From: Candidatus Micrarchaeota archaeon
GTDB lineage: Archaea; Micrarchaeota; Micrarchaeia; Micrarchaeales; Micrarchaeaceae
Length of the DNA stretch: 64,000 nucleotides
Direction: 5' to 3'
Assembly (NCBI GenBank): GCA_021811435.1
Contig: JAJZOR010000003.1
Span: forward strand, 20,434 to 84,433
Position numbers and translations under genes: made by a program. This document shows positions 17,832 through 27,537 of the stretch, in pieces. Position 1 is the stretch's first letter; each line of letters begins with the position of its first letter. The notes under the pieces are model-generated. The model saw only the letters and a program-made list of their open reading frames with translations. It had not been told where the DNA came from and did not search any database.

Positions 17832-18978
17832 TAGCTTCCCTTGAAAGTCTTACAATACTTTCGGTGCAGAAAGCAACGCCTCTATAGGTATCAGAGGTGT
17901 GATACTCCTTATCGTTTCAGGAGTCATCGACTTTACGAAACGATTAATCACGAATCTTATTTGTTTGATACTCTTGAAGTTGCGGTTGTTGAGGAGTTTG
18001 TCCCTGAAAAAATTGTGCACATACTCTTCCGGATTGAGTTCTGGCGAGTATGGCGGCCCGAAAAGGGGTTTCATATTATCCCGTTCGTTGAAGAACCTGC
18101 TGACTTTTTCGCAGTGATGCACTTGGCTGTTGTCCATTATTATAAGCATTTTGTCATCAGGATATCGCAGTTCTATCTTGTGTAGGAGATGCAAGAATGA
18201 ATCCGCTTTGGCGGACTTTCTCACGGTCTCGATTATCGTTCCCTCAGTTACTTCAACCACTCCGAAGTAGTTCGCCTTTTCAACACCGTTCTGCGGTGCT
18301 TCTACAACAAGCCTCTGGTTGTACGTCCATCCATATCCATTCCGTGCAGATATCGATACGGCCATTTCGTCGAGAAACAGTATCTTTGTGAAGTAGCCTG
18401 TCTGTATTAGGAAGAGCAGGTTTTGGGCGAATTCGATCTGCCTTTTCAGATTGCCTTCCTTGTATCGGAGTTGTGCCTTTACGTAATGCGCGCCGGTGGT
18501 TATGAGGTGCACTCTGAAGGTCTCTTCATCAATGAATTCGCCCCTGAACTTCATGAAGTACTGCTGCAATTCCTTAGTAGTGTATGACGAGGCGTTTATT
18601 CCGTATTTCTTTGGGTTGTTTTCGTCGATAAGGCGGTGAATCTCTTTCTCATCATCTTTGGTGATTTTCGGCGGTCTGCCGCTTCGCTGTTTATCAGAAG
18701 CACTTCTGTCTAGGATCCACTTCTTTATCCAGTCGTAGATTGTGGATTCTTCCACATCGATTATCTCCGCAACAACATTGACGGATTTTCCTCTACTTAC
18801 TGCATATAGCGCCGCATATCGTATCTTCTCCTTCGCATCCTTGCAGTTTTTGTAAAGGTCGCCAAGAATGTTGGAGTCGCCTTCCAACATGGTCGTCCTT
18901 TGTATTTGGATAGAAAACGATAACAGCTTTGCGGAACGCTTATAGTAGTGGAAGTTGTATTACTTTTCAGGGTTGCTA
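17832..18978 (-). mobile_element. IS630-family insertion sequence with imperfect terminal inverted repeats and a TA target duplication
   Basis: Left end TAGCTTCCCTTGAAAGTCTTACAA versus reverse complement of the right end TAGCAACCCTGAAAAGTAATACAA. TA flanks both ends (17830-17831 and 18979-18980). A single DDE transposase ORF lies inside. Confidence 0.85.
17850..18890 (-). CDS. IS630-family DDE transposase
   Basis: N-terminal HTH (STIYDWIKKW) followed by FLDEM, IIMDNSQVHH and PPYSPELNPEEYVHNFF (DD..E). Confidence 0.85.
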   Translation of the reverse strand: MLEGDSNILGDLYKNCKDAKEKIRYAALYAVSRGKSVNVVAEIIDVEESTIYDWIKKWILDRSASDKQRSGRPPKITKDDEKEIHRLIDENNPKKYGINASSYTTKELQQYFMKFRGEFIDEETFRVHLITTGAHYVKAQLRYKEGNLKRQIEFAQNLLFLIQTGYFTKILFLDEMAVSISARNGYGWTYNQRLVVEAPQNGVEKANYFGVVEVTEGTIIETVRKSAKADSFLHLLHKIELRYPDDKMLIIMDNSQVHHCEKVSRFFNERDNMKPLFGPPYSPELNPEEYVHNFFRDKLLNNRNFKSIKQIRFVINRFVKSMTPETIRSITPLIPIEALLSAPKVL

Positions 18979-19043
18979 TAAAACTGCAACGTCAATAACC
19001 TCTGGAGTGGTTTTAATAGCTTGAAAAATTAGAAGGCGTTAAT

Positions 19044-20042
19044 TTGGAAGTAACAATAGCGATACCGATATACAAAACAACACAAAGCATATTCAAACTC
19101 TTGAACACAATAAAAAAACAATCTTATCAGAACTTTAACATACTAATTATATATAAAGAATGGCCAGGATGCGAAGGAACAATCTCAAAAATAAAAAAAT
19201 ACAGAGACCTGAGGATAGAGGTGCTTAAACAAGATCAGGGTTATTTTGAAGAAGCACTTAATATGATTTATAGAAAAGCGGATGGAGAGATAGTTATACA
19301 TACCGATGATGATGCCTGGATATCGAAAAACTGGGTTAAGGACCATGTCGAATTGCACAAGAAATACAAAAAAGTGGGTATGGCCACAGGCATGGTAATA
19401 GAAGATATACATCCAAATGGCACGCCGCTACCGTTTTTCAAAAAACTGATAAACGACAGTAAATGGCTTATGAACAAACACACCATAATAGATAAACTTA
19501 TAGATGACAGATTTAATGGATATGGTATGTACATAGGAAGATCCGGAATGCTAGTTGATACAGGCAAAAGATATGACATGATAAAGACCCTCAAGCAACA
19601 TGGTGTGAACATGAGCTGGAAACGCGAGGCACTGGAAGGATTCAAGCTTCCGGGATTTACTAGGTACGGTGGTGGAAACGAAGCGTGTGCAGCACTAGAG
19701 ACACTAAATAGAGGGTATATCCCGATTTGGTTTAACGGCGCACAGACATTCCACCCCATCCACGAATCGCTAAGCAGAGGCACTTCAGTTTCCACACTGC
19801 CTATCGGGTTAACTGCAGAAAGAGTATTATTCTCTTATTATACGAGCAATGTTGCCGGCTACAATGTCGATTTAGATACGTTAAGATTAAGGAACAAGTT
19901 AGATATCTTATTGGCCTCATTCATCTCAAATAGTGCCAAACGTAGCTATAGGCTGGGATATGAAATAGCAAATGAAGCTATAGAAAAGTCATGGTCGGCA
20001 AAAATGGTAAGGAAAGAATTAATTGCTAGGTTGAATGAATAG
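19044..20042 (+). CDS. GT2-family glycosyltransferase
   Basis: IAIPIYKTTQSI...QSYQNFNILII plus HTDDDAW (DxD). Confidence 0.75.
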   Translation: MEVTIAIPIYKTTQSIFKLLNTIKKQSYQNFNILIIYKEWPGCEGTISKIKKYRDLRIEVLKQDQGYFEEALNMIYRKADGEIVIHTDDDAWISKNWVKDHVELHKKYKKVGMATGMVIEDIHPNGTPLPFFKKLINDSKWLMNKHTIIDKLIDDRFNGYGMYIGRSGMLVDTGKRYDMIKTLKQHGVNMSWKREALEGFKLPGFTRYGGGNEACAALETLNRGYIPIWFNGAQTFHPIHESLSRGTSVSTLPIGLTAERVLFSYYTSNVAGYNVDLDTLRLRNKLDILLASFISNSAKRSYRLGYEIANEAIEKSWSAKMVRKELIARLNE

Positions 20043-20050
20043 GTGGCTTA

Positions 20051-21196
20051 TTGAAAGTTTATCTTATAACGCCCGTAGATCTTAAATACAGTTACAGAGC
20101 TACAGAGGAACATGTTTACAGCTACGCGAAATATCTAAAAGAGCACGGAATTGACGCAGAAATACTCATCACTAGAAAAGGCGAAAGGCAGCAAACGTTA
20201 CTACCAAATTATAAAGAAGTAATAAAACTCTACGATAATATAGCGAAGAAACACGTCAGGTGCAAGGAAATTGTCTTGCCACTCAAATGGCACATATTCA
20301 TCTATAAAGATCTGCCTAAGGGAGGCGCTATATACTTCCCATATGGCATTTATGACTATCTGTTTAACATACTTTTCAAGCCAGAAGGGCAGAAGTATGT
20401 AATTGGAAGCCACAGCATGCATCTTAAGATGGGTCACATGCTAAAGAATCACGAAAAGATTGAATGGCTTCTAAATTTCATAGTTAAAAGCATTTTATTC
20501 CTGCGCAGAAAAGAAAAGGATGACATATATTTCCACGTGATAAACAGCATGCAGGAAGCTTATCTAATAAAGAACTTTAAGATAAATAAAAAAAACATCT
20601 TCTATGTACCAAATTTTATCGATACAAGCAAGTATAGTCTAGCAAAAAACAGTTCGAAGAAGCTCAGAGTTGTGCATATCGGCGGAATGGAAAAGGATGC
20701 AAGCACAGTATTTGATATTGTAAAATTGCTGAAAGAAAAACGCGTTTTAGACAGATTCGAATTTTATTTTATTGGAAAACTAAACAAACAGATAGAAGAG
20801 CAGTATGGCTCCTTAAAAAATGTACATATACTAGGTCAGATAGACGATTGCGCTAAGCTTAAAGCATTAAGCAGCGCGGACTGCATGATAATACCTTCAT
20901 ATGAGGCATTTCCGAAAACATTATTAGAAGGATTACTGTCTGGGCTATATATACTAACTAGCAAAAGAAATTCTGTGTGGCAAGATTTCATAGATTTTGG
21001 AATACGGATGTTTGTAGCAGAAAATGGTTTTTCTGAAGAATATCTGCAAGCGATAATGAATCTTTCAGAAAAAAAGAGCAAAGGCACTAATATAAATCCA
21101 TATAGAGAGTTCAACAGAAATACAATAATCAAAAATTTTGACAAAGGAAATGTGTTAACACAAATATTTAAAATGTTCAAAACAGTGGAAAAATGA
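20051..21196 (+). CDS. GT4-family glycosyltransferase
   Basis: C-terminal SYEAFPKTLLEG (E-x7-E). Overlaps the next gene by ATGA. Confidence 0.7.
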   Translation: MKVYLITPVDLKYSYRATEEHVYSYAKYLKEHGIDAEILITRKGERQQTLLPNYKEVIKLYDNIAKKHVRCKEIVLPLKWHIFIYKDLPKGGAIYFPYGIYDYLFNILFKPEGQKYVIGSHSMHLKMGHMLKNHEKIEWLLNFIVKSILFLRRKEKDDIYFHVINSMQEAYLIKNFKINKKNIFYVPNFIDTSKYSLAKNSSKKLRVVHIGGMEKDASTVFDIVKLLKEKRVLDRFEFYFIGKLNKQIEEQYGSLKNVHILGQIDDCAKLKALSSADCMIIPSYEAFPKTLLEGLLSGLYILTSKRNSVWQDFIDFGIRMFVAENGFSEEYLQAIMNLSEKKSKGTNINPYREFNRNTIIKNFDKGNVLTQIFKMFKTVEK

Positions 21197-22239
21197 AAGT
21201 TGCTTTAGTTGGTGTTGAAGGAGATTTTACAAAGAATGCAGCAGACGGTGTAAAGAGATACATGTACGAATTGTATAATAATCTAAGGAGCTTATCCCAG
21301 AACAATATTAAAAAGGTGGAATATAAAAGATTGCCATTATTATATTCTGGTTTTTCCGCATTTCCACAGAGCCTTTTTAGTAACTTTAGGGTATCCATAA
21401 TACATAATCTTGAACCGAAACCTATACTTCCATTAAATAAAGATAAAGCGCTATTACTCACAACAATACACGATTTTCATGGATTGCTGAGGCCAGAAAA
21501 GGAGGATTACGATAGTTTAAGGCGGCGGCTTGGACTTGCGCTTGTGCTAAGATTCGGATTAAACTTAGCTTTGAAATTTTCAGATTACCTTATATGCAAT
21601 TCAACGCAAACTAAAGCCGAAGCAATAACACTTGGCTTTGACAAGCGTAAGATTTTTATTACTTCACTTGGTGTAGATGGCAGATTTATAAAAACCTATC
21701 CAAAAAGTAAAGAAAACAAGATATTTCGAGTAGGGTATATAGGTTCTTTATCTACTACCAAAAACGTGGCGTTTGCAATAAATGCATATAAAACCCTCAA
21801 AAATGACAGTATGCAATTCGAGATATGGGGTAAACAAGATAGAACTTATATAGATCTGGTGAACTTAGCAAAAAACGATAAACACATAAAATTTTTAGGA
21901 TATGCTCCAGAAAACAGGATTGTCCACATATACGATTCATTTGATGTTTTTGTACACCCTTCTCTATACGAAGGTTTTGGTTTACCAATCCTTGAAGCCC
22001 AGTCACGTGGCCTTCCAGTGATAATCTATAAATACGGAAAGATTCCAAATGAAGTAAGAAAATACTGCTTTAAGGCGGAGAGTCCTGAGCACATGGCCCA
22101 GATAATAGAAGATTTAAAGAAAAACGGTTACAATGAAAAATTGAGGAAGAGAGCAACAGCCTATGCAATGGGCTTTACATGGGAGCGCTGTGCGGAGGAG
22201 ACTTTAAGCGCATACCATAAAATACTTGAAACTTTATGA
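21193..22239 (+). CDS. GT4-family glycosyltransferase
   Basis: FVHPSLYEGFGLPILEAQSRGLPVI. Confidence 0.8.
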   Translation: MKVALVGVEGDFTKNAADGVKRYMYELYNNLRSLSQNNIKKVEYKRLPLLYSGFSAFPQSLFSNFRVSIIHNLEPKPILPLNKDKALLLTTIHDFHGLLRPEKEDYDSLRRRLGLALVLRFGLNLALKFSDYLICNSTQTKAEAITLGFDKRKIFITSLGVDGRFIKTYPKSKENKIFRVGYIGSLSTTKNVAFAINAYKTLKNDSMQFEIWGKQDRTYIDLVNLAKNDKHIKFLGYAPENRIVHIYDSFDVFVHPSLYEGFGLPILEAQSRGLPVIIYKYGKIPNEVRKYCFKAESPEHMAQIIEDLKKNGYNEKLRKRATAYAMGFTWERCAEETLSAYHKILETL

Positions 22240-22333
22240 TTGCGTAGCATATATGGGATGAATACGACAAGCAATCCTTACATCTCCATAATGATTAACA
22301 GCTTATAACAGGAAGAATTTTTGCAGGAGGCAA

Positions 22334-22630
22334 TTGAATCCGTTTGCGTTTGTTCATCCAACATTATACGAGGAGTTTGGGTTTCAAATAATTGAAGCGC
22401 AGACTAGAGAACTTCCTGTTGTAATATATGAGAGGGCAATGATACCTGATGAAGTTAGGAGGCACTGCAATGTAGCTAAAAATGAGTCACATATGGCCGG
22501 AATACTTTTAGATTTGAAGAAAAATGGTTATGACAAGAAATTGAAGCTTAAAGCAACGAACTATGCAAGGCAATTCACATTGGATAGGACAGTTAAAGGG
22601 ACTTATGAAGCATACAAGAAAATGTTTTAG
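22334..22630 (+). pseudogene. C-terminal fragment of a GT4 glycosyltransferase (diverged duplicate of the end of 21193-22239)
   Basis: FVHPTLYEEFGFQIIEAQTRELPVVIY...DLKKNGYDKKLK parallels FVHPSLYEGFGLPILEAQSRGLPVIIY...DLKKNGYNEKLR. Only 98 aa; no N-terminal Rossmann half. Confidence 0.7.
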
Positions 22631-22785
22631 GCAGGTATGCAGAGATACCAGAGCGGAGAGCAAGAAAAGTTATATAAACTAATGGACCATATTTAATTAT
22701 AGATAAATTAAATGGTGCAATTTTATTTTAAAATTATATTTTCCTTACTTCTGATTGATGATGCTATTAATTAAAAGGTAATTTT

Positions 22786-23337
22786 ATGACAATTTTAGAC
22801 CCATATAAATTCAAGCATTTGGGTTTAGGTGTCTATTTGATAGATACCCAAGCATTTGAGGATTATCGTGGGTATTTCATGGAGGGCTACAACAAGGATG
22901 TTTTTGCCAAGAACGGTATAAATGCAACTTTTGAACAATATAACGTTTCGCTTTCAAAAAAAGGCACTCTGAGAGGATTACACTACCAGAAAGAACCTTA
23001 TGGTCAGGCTAAGATGTTCAGATGCGTCCAAGGGGAGATATTCGATGCCTGTGTGGATGTAAGAAGGGGATCTAAAACATTCGGTCAATGCGTGACCGCC
23101 ACATATTCTGCAAAGGACAAAAAAATGATGTTTGTGCCAAAAGGCTTTGCCAATTCAATACTTACAACAAGTGAAGAAGATGCTATAGTAGTTTATATGG
23201 TAGAGGGTTACCACGTTTCAGAAGCAGAAACTGGGCTAAGGTGGGATGACCCGGATCTGGCCATTAACTGGCCCGTAAAACCAACGTTACTATCAAAAAA
23301 GGACCAGAGTTGGCCGTTGTTAAAAGATATTGGGTGA
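22786..23337 (+). CDS. rfbC: RmlC-like cupin sugar-nucleotide 3,5-epimerase
   Basis: F.D.RG.F.E, LRGLHYQ..PY.Q.K, and V.G.I.D..VD.R..S.TFG pattern. Confidence 0.85.
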   Translation: MTILDPYKFKHLGLGVYLIDTQAFEDYRGYFMEGYNKDVFAKNGINATFEQYNVSLSKKGTLRGLHYQKEPYGQAKMFRCVQGEIFDACVDVRRGSKTFGQCVTATYSAKDKKMMFVPKGFANSILTTSEEDAIVVYMVEGYHVSEAETGLRWDDPDLAINWPVKPTLLSKKDQSWPLLKDIG

Positions 23338-24212
23338 CTTTTGTGGATAAACTTCTCGTTATAGGTGCCAGTGGACTGCTAGGTTCAAAGGCGATGGAGA
23401 TTGGAGCTCTAAAATATGAATCATATGGTACTTATACAAAAAACAGTAGACCGGGTTTAACACAACTTGATGTTACTGATAGGAGTAGTGTTTTTGAGTT
23501 ACTTGAAAATCTAAAACCTGACCTTATTTTAGATGCACACGGTCTTAACAACGTGGATTACGGTGAATCACATAGAGAGGAAGTTTGGACAGTGAACGTA
23601 AATGGTTCAAAGAACGTTGCTGAGGCATGCCAAAAAATCGGTGCAAAATACATGTTTATATCCTCCGATTATGTTTTCAGCGGCAAGAAAAGGCTTTATA
23701 CAGAAAATGATAGGCCGGATCCCGTAAACTATCTTGGTAAAAGCAAATGGGCACTTGAATCCATTTTGAAAATACTTGATATTGATTATATAGTTGCAAG
23801 GACATCAGGGTTATATGGCAAGGGCAGTAGCACCGGCAAGAAGAGCTTTGTACAGTTTATAGTAGAGAATCTGCGGAAAGGCATCAAAACAGATGTAATA
23901 TCCGACCAGTACAGTAGCCCTACACTTGTCGACGACGTTGCCAATTCACTATTTGCGTTAAGTGAATTAAACCAAAGCGGCATATTTCATATAGTAGGCA
24001 AAGACTGCCTTACAAAGTACGATTTTGCAAGGTACATCTGCAAGGAATTTGAGCTTGACAGCAGCCTAATAAGCCCATGTAGCACAGCGAGCCTTTCGCA
24101 AGCGGCAAAGAGGCCCGAGAAAGTAAGGATGAGCACGCGCAAACTCAAGAAGATAACGCTTAATACCCCAGTAGGTGTAAAAGAGGGATTACAGATAATA
24201 AATAGGCGGTGA
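23334..24212 (+). CDS. rfbD: RmlD-like sugar-nucleotide 4-reductase
   Basis: LLVIGASGLLGS, ...SSDYVF.G, and RTSGLYG. I place the start at GTG 23334, which overlaps the rfbC stop (GTGA). Confidence 0.8.
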   Translation: MTFVDKLLVIGASGLLGSKAMEIGALKYESYGTYTKNSRPGLTQLDVTDRSSVFELLENLKPDLILDAHGLNNVDYGESHREEVWTVNVNGSKNVAEACQKIGAKYMFISSDYVFSGKKRLYTENDRPDPVNYLGKSKWALESILKILDIDYIVARTSGLYGKGSSTGKKSFVQFIVENLRKGIKTDVISDQYSSPTLVDDVANSLFALSELNQSGIFHIVGKDCLTKYDFARYICKEFELDSSLISPCSTASLSQAAKRPEKVRMSTRKLKKITLNTPVGVKEGLQIINRR

Positions 24213-24216
24213 AGCT

Positions 24217-25209
24217 ATGAAAGTATTTTTGACAGGAGGAGCAGGGTACATAGGATCGGTTTTGACAAGAGAGCTAGTAGATACCGGATATGACGTCACA
24301 GTATACGATACGTTCTACTTTGGGGAGGAAACATTGGATGATGTCAAAGATGAGATAAAGCTCATAAAAAGGGATATAAGAAAAATAGAGGCAGAAGATC
24401 TACGCGGGCAAGATGTTGTAATAGACTTGGCTGCGATGTCTAATGACCCTGCGGGCGAGCTTAATCCGAATTTGACAGAGTCAGTTAACCACCTTGGAAG
24501 AGTGCATGTTGCCAAGCTGAGCAAGGAAGTTGGTGTTAAAAAGTATATAGCACCATCTTCTGCGGGAAATTACGGGTGGAGTGAGAAGCCAGTTGATGAA
24601 ACATCGCCAGTAAGCCCTATAACAACCTATACGGTAGCAAATCACAGATGGGAGCAGGAGATACTACCTATGGCAAATAAGGATTTTTGTGTGACAGTAC
24701 TAAGACAGTCGACAGTTTACGGTGTTTCGTGGAGGATGAGATTTGATATAATAGTAAATGACTTTACATTGCAAGTATTCAAAGATAAAAAGATAAGGAT
24801 AAAAGGAAATGGGATGGAGTTCAGACCATTTGTACATATAAGAGACGATTGTCAGGCATTCAAGAGAGTCATAGAAGCGGATAGGGATTTGATAAACGGT
24901 GAGATATTCAACGTGGGCACTATAAGCCAAAGCGTGAGAATAAAAGATGTGATGAAAACAATCTTTGATACGCTCGGGGTAGAGCCAAAATATGACTTCG
25001 GAGAGTCCATAGACAAAAGGAACTACATTATGGATTGCAGCAAGATAGAACGTGTCCTTGGATTCAAGCCAAAGTATAGAATAGAGGATGGAGCTAAGGA
25101 AGTTTACAAGGCATTAGAAGATGGCTTCCTTAAAGCGGATGACCCAAAGACCATAACATTAAAGTGGTATAAGGGATTGATGGAGAAGGGATTAATGCCT
25201 CTAGCATAA
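24217..25209 (+). CDS. extended SDR (NAD-dependent epimerase/dehydratase family)
   Basis: VFLTGGAGYIGS. The expected YxxxK position reads YTVAN by eye. Confidence 0.75.
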   Translation: MKVFLTGGAGYIGSVLTRELVDTGYDVTVYDTFYFGEETLDDVKDEIKLIKRDIRKIEAEDLRGQDVVIDLAAMSNDPAGELNPNLTESVNHLGRVHVAKLSKEVGVKKYIAPSSAGNYGWSEKPVDETSPVSPITTYTVANHRWEQEILPMANKDFCVTVLRQSTVYGVSWRMRFDIIVNDFTLQVFKDKKIRIKGNGMEFRPFVHIRDDCQAFKRVIEADRDLINGEIFNVGTISQSVRIKDVMKTIFDTLGVEPKYDFGESIDKRNYIMDCSKIERVLGFKPKYRIEDGAKEVYKALEDGFLKADDPKTITLKWYKGLMEKGLMPLA

Positions 25210-25225
25210 TCCAGAGAGTTGCATT

Positions 25226-26254
25226 ATGATGCCTAAGACTTTCTATATAATGGATTCTTTCTTGCTTCCTACTGGATACAACCACATGTTTATGGTGCAG
25301 AAGATAGCAAGGGGTTTTTCCTATCTGGGTTTCAAGGTCAAGGTTATCGATAGAATAGATGATATGACAGCACCTGGCTTTGTAATGATATCAAATCATC
25401 CTGTATATTTTAGCCTGGGCTCAAGGCATAATCAAAACGGTAATTTTGCAAGGATAATACCGGGAATCATCCACAGGCTAAACAAGCGATTCCCAGTGAT
25501 AGGAAAGCTTTCGGTTATACTTCAATGTTGGACTTATCGAAAACTGGCTTTGCAGGCAAAAAACAATAATGTTACAATTATAGCATGGGGGTTATATGAC
25601 AAGCGTCGCGATTCCCTGAACAAGCTTAACGCTCCTGTTATATTTACTGGGGACTATTATGATAGAAGGCCAGATCCTCCTGAACAAAGGCGGTGGTATG
25701 ACATCTATTCTGATAAGAAAATCAGAAATACAATACCATTAAAATTTGCAGCAGATGTTGACCCAAGAAAAGTTGGCTATGGTTGCAGAAATGCAACGTA
25801 TTTGGTCACTTATGTGGGGGACAAGACTTATAATCCAGAATATAGAGCGCCGTTTGCTGGCAATCGGAGGTGTAGGATTATAACGACGCCGCCTTATATA
25901 ACAGAGAAGGAAAAGTTGCGATTGTACAAGAACTCTAAGATTATACTTGGAATAACCAGCACACAAAGCAAGAAGGATGGTCAGGTTCCTGAGAGGATAT
26001 TTGAGGCGCTTGCATTTGGAGGCGTCTGCCTGACCGACAGTCCTCCGGCGGTTAGGATAACAAACGGATGTGCACTTCTTGCACGTAATGTCAGGCAATT
26101 AAAAGAGATGGTAGACAAAATAGCAGAAAATCCATCATTAAGGCAAAGACTTAGAGAGAAAGGTTATTCTTATATCAAAAAAGATGGTACATGGACAGCA
26201 CGTGCCAAAGATTTTATAAGCTTATCAGAGCAGCTTTACGGCAAACGCTTTTAG
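25226..26254 (+). CDS. CgeB/DUF3880-like glycosyltransferase-family protein
   Basis: C-terminal PERIFEALAFGGVCLTD resembles the GT1-type acceptor half. Weak call. Confidence 0.4.
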   Translation: MMPKTFYIMDSFLLPTGYNHMFMVQKIARGFSYLGFKVKVIDRIDDMTAPGFVMISNHPVYFSLGSRHNQNGNFARIIPGIIHRLNKRFPVIGKLSVILQCWTYRKLALQAKNNNVTIIAWGLYDKRRDSLNKLNAPVIFTGDYYDRRPDPPEQRRWYDIYSDKKIRNTIPLKFAADVDPRKVGYGCRNATYLVTYVGDKTYNPEYRAPFAGNRRCRIITTPPYITEKEKLRLYKNSKIILGITSTQSKKDGQVPERIFEALAFGGVCLTDSPPAVRITNGCALLARNVRQLKEMVDKIAENPSLRQRLREKGYSYIKKDGTWTARAKDFISLSEQLYGKRF

Positions 26255-26259
26255 TTGAC

Positions 26260-27489
26260 TTATATAGCGCTGTCAAATCCGTCATCATGTGGATTCGTTA
26301 CTGCGTGTGTATACATTTTTTCGTACCTATCAACCTGTGTTTTCCAGTCCCATCTCCTGACGGTGGCTGGGCCATTCTTCCTAAATAGAGCATCGTATTC
26401 CGGATTTCTCAATACCTCAAATATTGCATCTGCAAGCATTTTGGTGTTTAGCGGATCTATGACAATGGCGTTGTATTTGTCCTTCGCATAATCTTCAACG
26501 CCATACCTGGTTGTGATTACCTTAGTCCCGCATGCCATGGCTTCCAATGGGGGAAATGGCAGGCTCTCAGCCCAGGATGCAGTTATTGCAACGTCTGCAT
26601 TTTGATATAGGAATGCGAGCTCATTTTCGCTAGGGGTTTTAACATAGGTATGCTCCACAGGACATTGATCTGCTAGATAGGGCTGGTTGCCGTACATGAT
26701 AAGATGCAGTTTTAGCTCAGGCTTTTTCTTCTTTAGGTAAATTAGCGCCTTAAAGACATTGTTCAATCCTTTCCACTCGTTTCCTTTTCCGCCTTTTCCT
26801 AGCGTAATGATGTAGTGCTTTGACTTGTCAGAGAATATGCGCTGGAGCTTTTCCGATTCCTTCTTTTTGGTATTGAATATTGAAGTGTCTAGAAAAATCA
26901 GAGGGGCGTATTGCGATTCGACGGAAAGCTCCTGCTTTAGTTTCTTTTGTAGCCAGAGAGAATTTGCAGTTATATTAAGAGGCAACCTGCATACCTCCAT
27001 GTACTGTCTGTATAGGTAATAATTGTTGTAGTATTTGCTACCTTCAAAGAGTGGTAAGTAGTGTTGGAGGTGATAGAATTTGGCAGTTCCATTTCTTGAT
27101 CTGTCTATCGCATATGCGCATAAGTCTTCTATTGCTATCGATACATCGCATTCAGGTATGTGTGAAGCAAGCACCCTTTCTAAGTCGATGGTAAGTAGTG
27201 GGTGTACCTTGTTGAGTGCAGCCCTGGCGAATGAAAGCGTTGCCCTTGCCTTCTCATGACTTAGTTTTGTTACTATTTTATTCATAAGGTAGGAATTTGA
27301 TATCTTACCTACCCTGATGAAATCAACCTTTTGATTTATAGGATACTTCATATTTGCTTTATTGTCCAACGATGTTACGCTTACATCATGTCCTCTGTTA
27401 GCTAGTTCATTTATCAGCCCTGTGTGGGTTTTCAGTGCGCCTGACCATGTCAGATCGCGCAATAAATAGTTTATTCTCATGATAACCAC
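26260..27489 (-). CDS. GT4-family glycosyltransferase
   Basis: WAESLPFPPLEAMACGTKVITT. Confidence 0.75.
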   Translation of the reverse strand: MVIMRINYLLRDLTWSGALKTHTGLINELANRGHDVSVTSLDNKANMKYPINQKVDFIRVGKISNSYLMNKIVTKLSHEKARATLSFARAALNKVHPLLTIDLERVLASHIPECDVSIAIEDLCAYAIDRSRNGTAKFYHLQHYLPLFEGSKYYNNYYLYRQYMEVCRLPLNITANSLWLQKKLKQELSVESQYAPLIFLDTSIFNTKKKESEKLQRIFSDKSKHYIITLGKGGKGNEWKGLNNVFKALIYLKKKKPELKLHLIMYGNQPYLADQCPVEHTYVKTPSENELAFLYQNADVAITASWAESLPFPPLEAMACGTKVITTRYGVEDYAKDKYNAIVIDPLNTKMLADAIFEVLRNPEYDALFRKNGPATVRRWDWKTQVDRYEKMYTHAVTNPHDDGFDSAI

Positions 27490-27537
27490 GTTGTGCGTAT
27501 TACGGGCAGCTCAGGAATGCTGGCTGCTATGTTTTTA

